Assembly (NCBI RefSeq): GCF_009914755.1
Contig: NC_060928.1
Reading direction: 5' to 3' (one strand)
DNA length: 64,000 bases
Source: the human T2T-CHM13v2.0 reference genome, Homo sapiens
The notes beneath the pieces are model-generated. The model saw nothing but the letters and a program-made list of their open reading frames with translations. It made no database searches and was not told the origin of the DNA. The position numbers and the translations under genes were made by a program. Each line of letters opens with the position of its first letter. The stretch's first letter is position 1. Positions 40,310-56,750 of this stretch are shown here, one piece after another.

Positions 40310-43300
40310 TTAAACTAAAAGCTGCTTTATCACCTTTAATTTAAGAGTTCACTTTTCAATCCTATACATCACCATCTATCCCCTATCAACTGGAGTAGGA
40401 ATGGCAGAATATCAGATAATATCACCTTTTAAAAATAGAGGAACTTAAGAAAAATCATATGGGCTGAATTGAATGTATTATATCTTTGCCGCAGAGGATA
40501 TCAAGTGTTTTAAATCTACAGTCTCCAAAGATTTTTGACTACAACTTAATTTATGCACCTGGTGCTTAATTTCCCACCCCACCCCAACCCCACAAAGGAA
40601 TATATTTAGAGTAGTTTAAAATAATGCAAACATCTTAATTATCAGAGCAATCCATTTGGCTGCAGTTGTGAACAGAAGGAAGTAAGTAAAAGAAAGCCCA
40701 CATCCTTTCATTGTAATGACGTATGATGTGGACAACTAGGTTCTGTTATAAAACATTTTTTGCTTTTGTTCAGTTAAATTTGGCTTTTCTTTCACTGGTA
40801 AATATTCTATTGTTTCTAACGGAAAGATAGGGAAAAAATCAGATGGAAGTATTCTACTTGTTAAATAATAATAAAAAAAAGGCCAGCCTTAGCTTGTGCT
40901 AATGATTTCATATAACTAAGCATATATATAACAGAAGACTTTCACAAAAGTTTCTTCCCATTTCTGTAATTATCATTCTAAAGGTTGTTTGTCAGTTTTT
41001 TTCAAAATCCGCAAGTTTCTTATACCACCAAGAAAGGTGGAAAACGTAGTATAATCTCTGCTAAGTGTCTCATGCAACAATAGCCATTTCAAAGCAAATT
41101 TTAAGGAAAGATTTAGATGGATAAACAGGATTTTGGTTTTTAAAGCGTATGTTGCTGATTAACAAGTCTCTTAGCTTTTAAAGGCCCATATAGTATTTCC
41201 ATGTCTATAACAGAAGAGGCTGCAACTGTCAAATCCTCAAAGTTTTTAATAAGTTTAAAAATTATGATTTTAAGTCTTTCAAATAAATAGTTCATGTCTG
41301 AAATGTTTTACTGGTTCTAAAAATTAGAAAATTATAATGAAAATTTCGTAAAGTTTATGTAAAATGATTACCTTTTCTTTATCATAACCTAGCTGATAAT
41401 TTCAGCTGCTTTTATAAAGTCATCAACCTGACACTAAAGAAACTGCTATGAGGTTAAAAACAACGACAACTGTGTCAACAATAACAACAATAAATAGCAA
41501 TCGCAAAGATAAAGGTAATTTCTCAATATGCAGGGGACCTGAAAGAGACTTAAAAAAGATAATTAAAAAAGGATATTAAAAAAGAAAAACACAAACAAAT
41601 ACATAGTGTGAAATAGAAAAGTGTGGGGAGGCAACACTCAACCAAGCAAACAATAAACCTAAGTAATAATGAAGTACACTAAATATATAAAGAGTACTAT
41701 TATTCTACACTGGAGAGTTCCTAGTTAGTTAGTTTTATAGGTTTTTAAGTTTTACCACAGGAAATAATGAAAATATCTAATTCATCTTCGAGACACATTT
41801 TTTGGTAAAACAAGGAGACTTACGTAACGTTTTTTGTTAAAATGCATGTATGTTACCAGCGGAATCCAGAAGATAGCTTTTGCTTCCTGATATTCTACAT
41901 TCTCTCAGCAATTATCTAAAAATTTTTTGGTCATTTTTGAAAAAAAAATTTAAATTAATTTAGAAACTGCAGTCAACATAGGTTCATTTAAGAAACATTT
42001 TGTTCAGCATTTATGAACATGGTTTTAGATAAGAACTTTGAAACACAGACAGAGTTTTGGGGCAAATGGGTCCATTCCTCATTCTTCATGTCTTCAAATA
42101 AGAGAAAAATTATAATCAACAGATAGATCACCTTCTAATTATTTGGTTGAGTTGAACAGATGACTGAACAAAGCAAGATCAATTCCTTTGCACTCTGTAG
42201 CCTTACACTTATTTAAAGAGTAAAATTATTTTCCTCATGATTTTGAACAAATTTAACCTATTAAATCAGAGTCATATAATAAATGTCCTTCTTATTGTCA
42301 AGTTCTCTGTAAAAAAAAACTGTGATCATTTTCTTAATGTCAGTTGTGAAAATATAATCCTTATCTATGAGCAAGTGTGATAAATGAGGTTTAGTTTTAG
42401 CATCATGAAGGTTCATTAGATGTGAACGTACATACTCATGAGAGGCCAAGTTCCTAAAAGTTTCCAAGAGTTAATGATCATTATTAGAGAGCTGACTTTT
42501 GATAAGTTCACATTGCTAAGATATTTTGATTCAGACTGAACGTAGTGGAGCCAGGTTCTTCGTTTACAAGTCAAAGCAATTAAACAATGATTTTACATTT
42601 TGTTCAAGAAAACTGCTTTTGGATGTGCCCTATCTTCTAGAGTAAACACAGTATCTTTATATTCTTTAAGAAAATGATTTAGGTTATTCTGCTTTTATTT
42701 GTAAGTCATAAAACAATTATAGGTTTTAAAAGAGTAATTTGCTTAGAAGTAGGAAATTCCAAGAGTATGTATTTCCACTCAGTTCCTGAGCTACTGTTTC
42801 CTAGTCTCTTATGATGCGTATGCATATCCCTTCCTGCCAGTGCCAAGCAGTCTGGCTTCTTAGCACACTTTATTTAATTTCTTTTCCCCCATGGGCCAAA
42901 TCAAGCAGCAGATCTTGAAACCTAGATAGACTTATTGCTAGAGATGGAGCCAAGGCATAATTCTGGAGTGTATTTCTCCTTAAAATGGAAACATATGTAC
43001 ACTTGTGAAGATTTCTATATTTGCTACAGTAGAGCTAACCTAACCTCTCAAAAATTATATTGAATAAATGCTACTTAATAGTGTAATCAACAACTTCATG
43101 GACTTCACAAATATTTACTGAATTTCTACTTTGTAATACTTCTGATGAATACAGTAGATAAAATCCAGACCTTATTAAACATATGTGGTTACTAAACATG
43201 AGAATTTCGTAAGAAAGGAGAACAAAACATTTTTCTTATTCTTGAGCCACCTGGCTTATTAAAATAGGAGCTAAGAATTTGCTGATGGAAAGCAGTTAAG

Positions 43301-45065
43301 AGTAAATAACTACGCAACAGGCAACCAATAAATAAGATATGTAATTATAAAGGGCATATTACACAAAAACATAAGCTCAAGGACAAATAGATCAATGTGT
43401 TCAATAGGATTGGGGAAGGTATTCTAGAAAAGTAGAAGCTGAGAAACAGTACCGTACTTACTTGGACTGACTTTAAAACAAAAAAAATGAGTAGACGGAA
43501 GCTTATCCACATAAGAAAGAATCTAAGCAAAATAATAGAAAAGGGAACAAACTGAGAACAAAAAAGTGATTGATAAAGTGTCTCAACAGACCATGACAAT
43601 TGTAGGTATTTATTTAGATGTCTGAATAAGAGACAGGGACTAGCACCAGATAATTAGCTCCCTTAAACTTAAAAGTAAATTCAATAATTAGTAGCTAATA
43701 AATAACTAATAACGTGGCATTCATTTCCATAGAAATAAATTTTGTCTTGACTTTTTTTTGTGATGGCTCATCCTCTTCCATACAATTGTATTTCTTACAG
43801 TAATGTGATTTGCTAAATTTATTTGACATCTATATATTGAGTTCTTCCATAGTCTAATACGTTGTTAAGTACTATAAACATAAAAATGAACAAACTGTAT
43901 TGTCCTTCAAAGAGCTTACAGCAGAGGTTAGCAGGATAGAGGATAGCACAACTGTACAATTAAAGAGACATGCCAATGTGGAAGTTACTTTTGCAAGTTA
44001 ATGCATTTATCTTTGGAAAAGTTTTCATAAAAATAAATTCACAATTTGAAAAAAATTGTCACATGATATCAGTCCATTTCTAATTAAGAAAAGGTTGTCA
44101 TTATGGAAACAGGCTACAATGAGGCTCCAAGCTCTGGTTTATGAATTACAGTATGGTTATGATCATTATGCATACCATATGTTAATCTCCAGATGGTCAA
44201 GAGCTTTGAAGCACACTGTCTATATGTACTATATAAATAGACCTGTTTAACTTTCTCTAATGTACATCTTTCTGTTACATAAATTGAAAATATTTAGAAA
44301 GAACAAGGGTCTTTTCCTTTAAGAAGCCATGGCATGACCATGAGTAAATTAAGAGCACTGAAGGCAAATACATTGCTATCATTAAATGAAGTTCAGAACT
44401 ACTTGCAAAAAACAAAAACAAAAACGAAAACAAACAAACAAAAAAACTAAGTGCAGGATACCAAGAGTGAGAAGAAAGGCTTCAGAGAAGCTCACTATTG
44501 TTTCCATCCTGCAACCTAAAAAGGGAACTCCGATTAAATAAAGAGCAGATTTTGATGCTTGTAGTGATTCTAAATAACAAATGGGAAAAATATAGGAATA
44601 ATATCTAGTCTGTGTTAAAAGAATGGGCTATAGAGAAATGACATATGTCAAATACCTACAATATTATCTGCCAGAATAGGAACTAAATAAATGGTAACTT
44701 GATTGAAGTTAAAATTATTTCATGTGATGTTGGTTGCACAAGAGATAATTCATTAAACTAAATGGTTTTGCAGATTTTTTAGAGATTGCATGACTTATGA
44801 ATGAATTTTGTATTCAGAGTAAATATTATGTTGCCAATTACAAATGAGAAAAATGCTGGCGATATGGATTATACTAGTGCAAGGTATACAAATTATATAT
44901 ACAAAGCACTGTCCACAGTACTTGTACTCTCATAAACAGTAGCTAACAAACTAAATGTGTTACTCAGTCTTAAGTATTTTTAAAAATATATATTGTAAAA
45001 TATCAAGTAATTACTAATAATATAATATTCATTTATTGAAGTTCCTCTATGATATTGTGATAGTC

Positions 45066-45540
45066 TGTATTAGTTTCCTATTAGCACTTTCGAAAACTTA
45101 CCACAAACTAATTATCTTACAATCCTAAAGGTCAGAATTCCAAAATGAGGTTTACAGTGATAAAATGGAGGTGTGGGCAAAGCTGCCTTCCTTCTGGAAA
45201 CAACAAGGGAAAATCTTTGTCTTTGTCTTTGGCAGCTTTTGGATGCAGACCTGCATTCCTTGGCTCCTAGTCCCTTCTTCTATCTTCAAAGTGCATCATT
45301 GTAACCTTTGCCTCTATGGTCACATTCTCTTTCCTCTGTCTTGACCTGCTTGCCTCCCTCTTATAATGACTCTTGTGATTACATGGGGACCACTTACATA
45401 ATCCAAATTAATCCCCCTATCTCAACATTCTTAACTTAATCATGTTTGCAATTTCTCTCTTGCATGTAAAATAATATAATCACAGATTCTGGGGAGTAGA
45501 ATGTGGACATCTTTGAAGGATCATAATTCTGTCTACCATA
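45066..45540 (-). mobile_element. MLT1D solo LTR inserted into a MIR
   Basis: TGTATTAGTTTCCTATT...CATTCCTTGGCTC...CTTGTGATTACAT...GAATGTGGACATCTTTG; TSD TAGTC/CAGTC; MIR-like CCCTATTTTACAGATG just downstream. Confidence 0.88.
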
Positions 45541-46107
45541 CAGTCCTTAAGAAATACGTTCTAATTATACACTCAAAACAACACAATAAAGTCAGATTTG
45601 CTGTCCCTATTTTACAGATGGACAATTGTAGGCACAAATCTAACAAATAACAGGCTTCATCTCTACTCTATCTATCTGCAACCCTATCTTTCCACCTGAA
45701 AATTCTGCTTATTCCAATCTTTCCTATTGGGAAATCACTTACCCTTAGTAAGAAACATAATGAAAGACTGCACATTCAACCTTCCCATTGGTTTTCAAGG
45801 GTGTACATCAGGATGATAAAAATGAATGGCCGGCTGCATCTCCTGAATGGCTGTTTCTTCCATTGCTGGGAGGGCAGTGTATCTGAACTTAGCTGACGCA
45901 TCTCCTGACACACATGTGCAGCAGCAACTGTCAACACACGAGCTTTCAGAAGCTGACATTTGCTTTCTTCAGTAGTAACTTCCTAGTGACTTCTCCTAAT
46001 GACATCTTTTTAAAACCTCATCTTCTGCCTAGACCCTTCTCTGGCAAAGCACTTTAAAGCTGCTGTTTCAGTGAACTCCTCTAGAGTGTCGTTCAAATAA
46101 CAATTCC

Positions 46108-46130
46108 TGCCGAGCCCTCTGGTGGTGGCC
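46108..46130 (-). promoter_or_regulatory. Putative CTCF binding site
   Basis: Minus strand reads GGCCACCACCAGAGGGCTCGGC; the core CCACCAGAGGGCTC matches CCASYAGRKGGCRS at 13/14 positions; lies in unique sequence. Confidence 0.6.
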
Positions 46131-46639
46131 ACAGGGCAACACAGTCCTTGCAAAAAAGCTTGTTCTGTGCTGCCTAGATTCTATGCCATCTGATAGCACG
46201 TTTCGAGTTAACCCTTGGCCCCATTTGGCTATAATGTTAAGTGGAACATAACTTATAAAAGACTTTGGAGGCTCGCGGGAAGCCTTAAAATTATTCTCCT
46301 ATGACTTCTCCCTGTCACATTAGTGCACAGGGATAATTAGGTAAAACAAGATCCAGGTTACACTAGGTTATTCCATTATTTCCTAAAATCAACGTTTCAA
46401 TTAAGCTGTAAAAATAATGCGAAGTGTGTGTATATTACAAATACACACAGATATTCAAATGCATACTCGTACATGTATATTTGGCACATACACACATACA
46501 TATTTGTATACATACAAATACAGTATGTATATTATATATGCACAATGATACATCAAGGGATACATTCTGACTTGATACTGTTAACTTCAGTGGAGGTAAA
46601 TCTAGTTGAGCCACCCTAGTATTTTATCTCAGCTTAGGT

Positions 46640-46850
46640 AATACTCTCTCTTGAAACATTTCTGAGTCCTTCCCTCAAGTCTACAGAACTGCCCTATATA
46701 TAGCTCTGTCATTGCACTTGCTTAACATTGCCTGCTTTAGTCAATCTGCCTGACTTAAATTATACTATAGGCAACTTGAGGGGACAGACCATACATTATT
46801 CATCTGCATAATTCCTGAAACATGATAGAAGTTAAAAAATAATTGGCTGC
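46640..46850 (+). mobile_element. L2 3' fragment
   Basis: CTCTGTCATTGCACTT...AACTTGAGGGGACAGACCAT...TTATTCATCT. Confidence 0.55.
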
Positions 46851-49800
46851 CTTAAACAGGCATTCAGTCATACTCCAGTTACCTGAGGTCAAGGCCAGCT
46901 GTGAAGTGCACTGGATAATCCAATAAGGCATTTGGATTTACTCAGTGACTTCACACCTTTACTGGTGACAGGCCCATCACACAGCTGTTCAGATTTCTAT
47001 ATTTCCATTTACTTGTATCCATCTCTAGTTCTCACTTTCCATTCTTCTTTTGCATTAGTTTATTATTGCTTATGGAAGTCTAGGACTGTTCAGGTCTGGG
47101 GCTAGATATTGAAAATGATACTAGAAAAAAAAATCAGTAGAATATTAGGAAGTAATCCAGAAAATATGTTAAGTAAACAATTTTTTCCCTAGCCCCTGTG
47201 CGAAGATTTTAAAAAGGAAGAAAACAAACAGAAAACAAAAGCAAAAAGCAAAATGATTGCAAAATGCTACAGAAGCCAGCAAGCAAAAACAAACCTAATC
47301 TTGTTTTCTTCCAATTTGGAGAAATTTCAACATAAGAACCATGCTGGCCAACTTAGGCTGCATGCAGATCCCATTATGTAAGTTCACTGATTACTTGGTT
47401 CAACCCACTTGAGGCACCAGAATCTTGGCCACAATGTTAGTTTGATTGATTAGTCAGGTAGCTTTCTTTAATAATACCTCAAGGGGTTGTGGCTTTTGGC
47501 AAGAATAGAGCTAATTCTAGCTTAATTGTCATACAAAATGTTCCCTAAAGCACAGTAGCCACTGACCTTATGCTGCTTCCTATGACACACTTTTGGACAT
47601 CCCTCCTGAGTGTAATAACACACCCTGGTGTTGCTGTTTAACAGCTTAAGACCACGATAGATGGACCTGTCACCACTGTCATTTCACCTCTTCTGCAAAG
47701 AGAAAAACATATCAGGAGTATATCCCTCAGACCTCTGAACCCCTATTTTATTCTTTCTGAAACAACTTCCAGTAGCGATCCTTTGTCCTTCACAGAATGG
47801 AGATTCTTAGCACAAAGCAATTCAAACATTATCTTTTCTTCTCCAAACTCTTCAGAGTTTCCAAATCCTAGTGTATTCTCTCTTCCCTCCAAGCTGTCAA
47901 AGAATTCCATGTGTATTTCTCTCCAAGTACAGCATTCATTTTTTCCCTCTTCACAAGTTCCTCAAAGATAAGAACTATGATTTATATACCTTTCCATTTG
48001 CTATAGCATTATTTAACAACTATATTCTATTGATTCCCTATTTGAACATCAAGGCTACGGTGGCCTCATTTGTTTTAAGAATTCTATGGTATATAATGTC
48101 TCCATGGTACAATGTACAGCATTTAATTGAAGCTATGATGTTTGGTAAATGCAGTAGAACAAAACTTTATTTTCAGCAGTAACTTAAAATTTTCAAAGAA
48201 CTTCAGAGGGAAGATCAACAATTTGGAAAAACATTTTTCCTTTCTACTGGAGAAATGTATTATAATTCCTCAAGATCTGGCCTTACCCACACTGTTTTCC
48301 AGTCTCTGACAAAATCCAGAATGCACTGGACACCTCTGGTTTTCACTGGTTTTCCAGGAAAGGGTTTTATCCAAAGGCTCTTCGTGATAGGGTATGACTT
48401 AGGCAGCAAAGTGTTCTTCCAAAGAAGGAAGACATTCTTGCCTGTCCAGAGATAATTCTTTTATAACACATGCCAGAAATGCATTCCTACTGATTCATTG
48501 TCTCAGATATCCCGGCCTGTTACAACTTAAAGTAACCCATTAGGATGGAGAAAATTGTGATAAATAGAAAAGGGTTAGATTTCAAAGAAACACTGGGTCA
48601 AATTTAAAGCATTGAAGAGTTAGTAGTCCTTCAGATCCTTTATACACAAACTTAAAAATAAAATATTAAGGCATAGAACAACTGTAAGGAAGTGTAACAA
48701 ATTTCTACCCATCTGCTCACTTACTGTAAACATGTTGAAACTTTTTAAAATGCAAAATAGGAGATTATTTTTAATAATTCAACACTATTTGAGCGGTATT
48801 CTTTGTATCTACCAGTTGGGTAACTGGCATTACTAATATGGACAGGAAATGAAGATGACAATAATATTCATTTTTTTCACAGTCTTATGAAGTCTGGCCT
48901 TGAACTAAATTTAAAACTGTGTTTGACCACCCTATAAATATAAAATAAATCTAATTTCACCTCCTATTTCAGACATCTCTTCTCTGCTTTCAGATTATCC
49001 CACAAGACTTCTTAGCTGGGACTCCGTGCTCCCTTCTGTTCTTTGTTGCAATGGCATTCAGGATTTGGATTAATTTTTGGAAAGTATACTGAGGGTCATA
49101 TACTGTACTATGGATATTTTATATACTACACAATTCTTAGAACAAATGAGGAAACTACAGCCTTGATATATCTGAGTGCTGATTCTCATTCAGGATCGGT
49201 ATGACATGTTGTGCCTCTGATTTTCATCACTAAAAATAGCCCATTATAATAGCTGAACAAGATAATGGCTTGCAGTGCAGGACCTGGTATATAACAGCCA
49301 GATTTCTAGCTCAGGCTCACATGCTGAACAATGATGTTCATTCTGCTTCAGCAATAGACCAGTTGGATTTCCATCATGATCCTTAGTGCCAGCAAAATTC
49401 TAAGCAGCCTCCATTTCCAGCCATATATTCCAGGAAAGTCATATTTGTTTCCATTGCTAAGATATCTTTCTCATATTGTTTGCCTTTCTGGAGTGGGGTA
49501 AAAGATAAAATGTGGGGTGGGAGTTAAAAAAATTCAGCATCCAAAAGCGGTAGGGCTTTGCTCCAAGTGTAAAGAGTACATTTGAGACTTAAAACTCCAT
49601 GAAGAATGTGTTTGAGGCTTATACACAGCACTCTATATAGATTCAGTTCAGAAATATTTAAACAGCACAAAGTTATGTAGCCCGGATGATATTAACATCC
49701 AGAGGTAAGAATTGTGTTCAGGTAAGCTACCCAGCACTAATTACCAACATTAATTCTGTTACTAATTAAGACACTAAGTTGTTCCCGAACTGTGAAGCTT

Positions 49801-51289
49801 TTGAGTTTTCAAATGTATAGGACACATTTATATGAATTGTTGTTTCTATAAGATTTCCAATTTCATCCCACAAATACTCTCTAAAAGCTATTACATTTTA
49901 TTGCATTATTTATTAAGCAATTGAGCTCAATCTTTTTATGCCACATTTTATATTCTAAAGACATGTTATATTGTCTTAAACATACTTGATCCATTTTGTA
50001 TGCACAGTTTATTATATTTATAGATTGACATTTACATATCTGATCAAGCACAAACCATCAGCACACAATGCAATATGATACCTTAGTTTAATTCAATTTC
50101 ACTTTCGACTGTTTCCATCTTTAAATATTAATTTAGGTAAATGTGAATGCACAATAGTGTAATTACTTCAAGCAAAAACACATTTTGTCTATTTTTAGAA
50201 CTATAGAAGTAAAATGTGTGTTTACTTTCCAACTATAAAAAACGTACTGAAAGTTGTCATGCCCTCAGCACTCCAAGTGGCTTCACTAAGAAAACAGAAC
50301 GTGACGATTTTAAATACAGTTTCATAGACACATTTGGTCACTTTCCAACCAATAAATTTACACAATCAAGGCTTTCTCTGTGACTATTTATGGCAGAGTT
50401 TGAAAATAACCTGAAAAACTCATCTGGAGCTGGTGTCTGGATATGCTTATTTCATCCCACACACAAAAAAGGGATCAACATTTCAACATTAAACAATTTT
50501 GCATAAAAGTCAAAATCAGAGATCTTGTACCACCTAGGCCACATTCTTAAAGGGCAATAATTTCCTGGGTTTAGGTGGCAAATGTTTCACTCCCTTTAAA
50601 TGGATGAGACAGAGGCACAGCAGTTTGCCACAGCCACACTGTATTTCCTAATTTAATACTTGTACAATGAATATATAATATTTGGGAGGAATTTGTGTGT
50701 GTTATTCTTCATCTATGATGTCTATATTATGGAAGAACACAAACGCAGAATATCTTTTTGAAGAGGGGACAGATTTGCATAAGTACTAGCGGGGACGCTG
50801 TCTTGGAAACACCTAACGGAGAAACTCTTCCAAAACTGTCATCAGTTTTTTACATGTTTATGAAATGAAAATCCCACATTTGTTCTTTAGTATGCCTCAC
50901 TGTTTCTAACCTCCCCTCCACCGCCGCCCCAATCTTCGTTGTTCCTTCTTTCTTCAGCTCAGGTTAACGTGGAACACTGTATATAAACAGAGTAGTATCA
51001 TTCAGCAAATACTGAGTAAACCAGCTAAGGGAATTTAAGAAAAAAAAGGGCATTTCTTTTCTAACTCTAGGAAACTGCAGTAAAATGTAAACAGAAAACA
51101 GGAGATACTTTACACCATGAAAATGTTTGATTTTCCTTAATTATTTTAGTGTGCTCTTCCCCAGCTCATTACATATTAATGTGATTTGAGACAATCTTGT
51201 TCAAGCTGTTTTCAATAATAGCTGTGAGGCTCTAAGTAAGGCATAGAGCCTTCCTGAGCTTCATTTACCTTTTCTGTTAAAGAAGTTCC

Positions 51290-51540
51290 TGGTATACGTT
51301 TTAAGAGCACAGAGTGAAGTGTCAGACTGCCTGGGTTTGAATGCTGATCGTGGCATTCATTTTGAGACCTAGAGCAAGGCACCTAAAGCCTCTGGGCCTT
51401 GGCATCTGCACCTATCCAATGGAGATGATCACAGTAGCATCTCCCTCCTAGGGTTAATTTGCAGATGAAGTGAGCTAATATTGCAAAGCACTCAAAAGAG
51501 TGGCTGGTATATAATAAATATTATGTTAGATTTTGTTAAC
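51290..51540 (+). mobile_element. MIR SINE, near full length
   Basis: TTAAGAGCACAG...GTCAGACTGCCTGGGTTTGAAT...CTCTGGGCCTTGG...AAAGCACTCAAAAGAGTGGCTGGTATATAATAAAT. Confidence 0.85.
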
Positions 51541-53626
51541 AATAAATAAAACCGTCAATATAGCCTAGATTATGTCTAAAGAAATCATCAGTTTTCAAAT
51601 TCCATCTACTTTGATTTCATATCTGTCAGTTGATAATAATACATTAATTAAAATGCCTCTTTAAATATGTGATATTAAAGAAGTTGCCACTATTAATAAT
51701 GCTGATTTTATTTTTTTTTAATTATCATAACCAAATATTATTTAAATGAGCCTGTACACAATACTTCTAATTGTGAAAAATAAAGAGAAACTTAAATATG
51801 GAAATTCACTACTCAAAGTAACATCAGTTACTTAGAACGGAGTAAAGCTTCAGCTCTACTTTAAAACACAAACAACTTAATATCTGTATGTCACTTCCTA
51901 CATGACAAATATAAGTTAAGAAGTTGGGAGTTTTATTGCACTCTTACACTGAGAATTTACACTGATGCTCAGGAACCAAAATCTCTTATTGGATAACCGT
52001 CCTGACATTTTTTCAAACCTAATTCTACTATCCACTTTTCTTTATTTATGCTTAGAAAAGTTACTAATTATGTTGTGGGTTTCTCAACTTTAAGAAGACT
52101 CTGACTTCTTTAAAATGATTCTGAAATTCTTTATACTTACTATGGTTTTAATATTCTTACATATAAAAAATTCATTTCAGTGAGTTTTAATTTGCTGTTT
52201 AATTCAAGGATGATGATATGTCCAAAAATATTGAAATGTCTTACTAAAACTAGTGACCTAATTCCATATGGAAATGTAATTTAAAACCAGTATGGTTCTG
52301 TGCTAGAATGTTTCAAGTTTTCCTGTTTCAAATAAAAATCTATTTTAAACTATACTTCATGAGTCATTGAGTATAATTGCCAAATGGGATTTAATTCAAA
52401 AAGAATAAATATTTCTATGAATGCTTACAATAATGGAGCAGGAAGGAAATAAAAGGTACAACCAGTCTAATGCCTTTATTAAAAGGGGAAGTCATTTAAA
52501 ACCAGACAGGTTAAGTGGTCAAAAGTTTATTCAACAAGGCAGCATAACAGCCCAAAGTGGAAACGTGTCATCCTACTTACCATCCATTTTGTCATTGATG
52601 GTCTTTAATGTGAGCCAGAATATTAAACAAGCCTCTAATAAAGAAAAGTGAATGAAATTTGCATACTAAGTGCATTGTTTTCATCATTGCTTCTATAAAA
52701 CACTGAAACTTATTAACATTGTTGACCACTGACTAGAAAAAAGGCTAACAAAAATTTTATGGTCAAGTTATATTATTGGTCCACAGGTTCAAAGTGTTTG
52801 CTGCAGGTATTTTTTAACACTAAATATTTTATACTCAGATATCTCATAAAATAAATTTCAAATTTTAGAATGGCGGGCATGCTGTACTCTGTCAAAAGAG
52901 TAAAAAAAATAGCTGTTGTCTAAATACAGAAATTATTGTTACATCTGCTCTCATGTCTCAGGATTTTTGAATCAATTATACATCCATAAACACAAACACA
53001 TACACACAAGTGCACAATTCAGTGTTTAAATGACATATGTGTCCTACAGAAATTAGGTGCAATGTGAAGGAAACATAGATATTTAGGTATTCTATATGAT
53101 TAATAAACTTTGATGTATAATAACAATACAAAATTATAAAATACAGAAAATTAAAGAATTTTAAATGAACTCATACTCTAACTACCTGCTGACAGCCACT
53201 GCAAATTTTGTGTTTTGTTTTGTTTTTCTAGACTCCTTACTACCCATTTGTGTTCCTGGGTACATCTTGTGTATTTTGTGCTAAAAGAAGAGAATTTAGT
53301 AATATCTGAATATATACTGGTTGATTTCTTTTGTTCAAGGATAAAGAATGTACTTTAAGACATAAAATATTTTATAAAGGCTGAATATGTTTTTTTCACA
53401 ACTAATAGGGTTATTAATAATAATTTATGTCTCTTCTTCATTTAAACATTTTGATTAAATATTTGTAATACTCTACCTTAAAAAATAATGGGATTTATTT
53501 CTATAAATTTACCTCCAAATACAACTAGCTAAATTTACTTAATTTTAATACAGGAACATTCTTTTTTTAAAATTTTAGGTATTTTCTTATTATAGTTTTT
53601 GTCTAATAATTCACTAACCAGACATC

Positions 53627-54066
53627 TGCGGGACAGTTCTGTTTTTGACCTTGGACTGACCCATTTCTGCCTCATTTCCTGCTTGCAACTCTTAAGAATA
53701 CTTGTAAAATATGCTGAGAATGCAATATTTTAAGATGGTGGGGGACTGGCTGGATGCCCCCTAGAAACAGGAGGTCATTAATTGCTTTAGTCCAGCAAGC
53801 TACTTGCCCTAGGGAATAAAAGCCATGGTGGGCTGCTTTCTGGGTTCCCTCAGCTGTGGTGCAAATGAAGCATGCACAGATGAGACTCCATTTGCCCCAG
53901 AATGCTTTTCATAGCCTTGGGGGACAAGCTTACAAAGAATCTTAGGTTTCTGTTGTTCCTTATGGTGTATTTGTAAGTAATAAATCAATTTCATGTAGCT
54001 TGTGAGTGTGAGTATACTGTCTTGCTGGACATGTTGGTAACCAGTGCACAATGAACCTGCTTCACA
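53627..54066 (+). mobile_element. LTR32-like solo LTR (ERVL)
   Basis: CCTTGGACTGACCCA...CCCCTAGAAACAGGA...CCCTCAGCTGTGGTGCAA...GTAATAAA...TTGGTAACCAGTGCACAATGAACCTGCTTCACA; subfamily name from memory. Confidence 0.7.
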
Positions 54067-54127
54067 AAATTGGGAGACTAATTTTTATTTATGCATTCAA
54101 TAAATAGTTTTGTGTACATGGCATTTG

Positions 54128-54521
54128 TGTATTTATTCTCACACTGGTATAAAGAACTACCAGAGACTGGGTAACTTAAAAGAGAAGAGGTTCACTTGAT
54201 TCAGAGTTCCACAGACTGCACAGGAGGCATAGCCTGGGAGGCCTCAGGAAATTTACAATCATGGCAGAAGGCAAAGGGGAAGCAGGCATATCTTCACATG
54301 GCCAGCAGGAGAGAGAGATTTCGTGAAGGGCGGTGGGTAGCTACACACAGTCAAACAACCAGATCTCATGAGAACTCTAGCATGAGATACCACTCGGTGG
54401 ATGGGACTGAGCCATTAGAAACCACTCCCATGATCCATTCACCTCCCACTAGGCCCCACTTTCAACACTGGGATCACAATTAAACATGAGATTTGGGTGG
54501 AGACACAGCCAAACCATATCA
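54128..54521 (-). mobile_element. MSTA solo LTR (ERVL-MaLR)
   Basis: GAGACTGGGTAA...GGAGGCCTCAGGAAATTTACAATCATGGCAGAAGGCAAAGGGGAAGCAGGC...ATGAGATTTGGGTGGAGACACAGCCAAACCATATCA. Confidence 0.9.
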
Positions 54522-54529
54522 ATGTGAGA

Positions 54530-54825
54530 GCCATCCTCTTAGAATGTAAGGCCAAAAGCAATGAACTAACACCACCAAAGCAACAATAAAGCCCTGCCCT
54601 AACAGAATTTACTTTCTGATAGGTAAATATATATGATAAATAATTTGATAAGTTAAACTATAACACGATGGAAAGAAGTGGTGAGTGCTATGAATGAAAA
54701 AAAAAGCTGCATAAGATGATAAAAACTATTAGGAAGCATTTTTCTAGATGGGGTAGTTTCTAAAACCTTTTATAATGAGGTAACACCTGAGCAGAGACCA
54801 AAATAAACTAAGGGAATAGCAGTGT
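54530..54825 (-). mobile_element. L2 fragment
   Basis: CCCTGCCCTAACAGAATTTAC...GAGGTAACACCTGAGCAGAGACC. Confidence 0.65.
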
Positions 54826-54829
54826 TTAC

Positions 54830-56750
<1,921 letters not shown>

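Noticed and set aside
49683-49730. GGATGATATTAACATCC short palindrome followed by two AG|GTAAG donor-like sites
   Set aside because: Too short to distinguish from chance, with no clear upstream acceptor.
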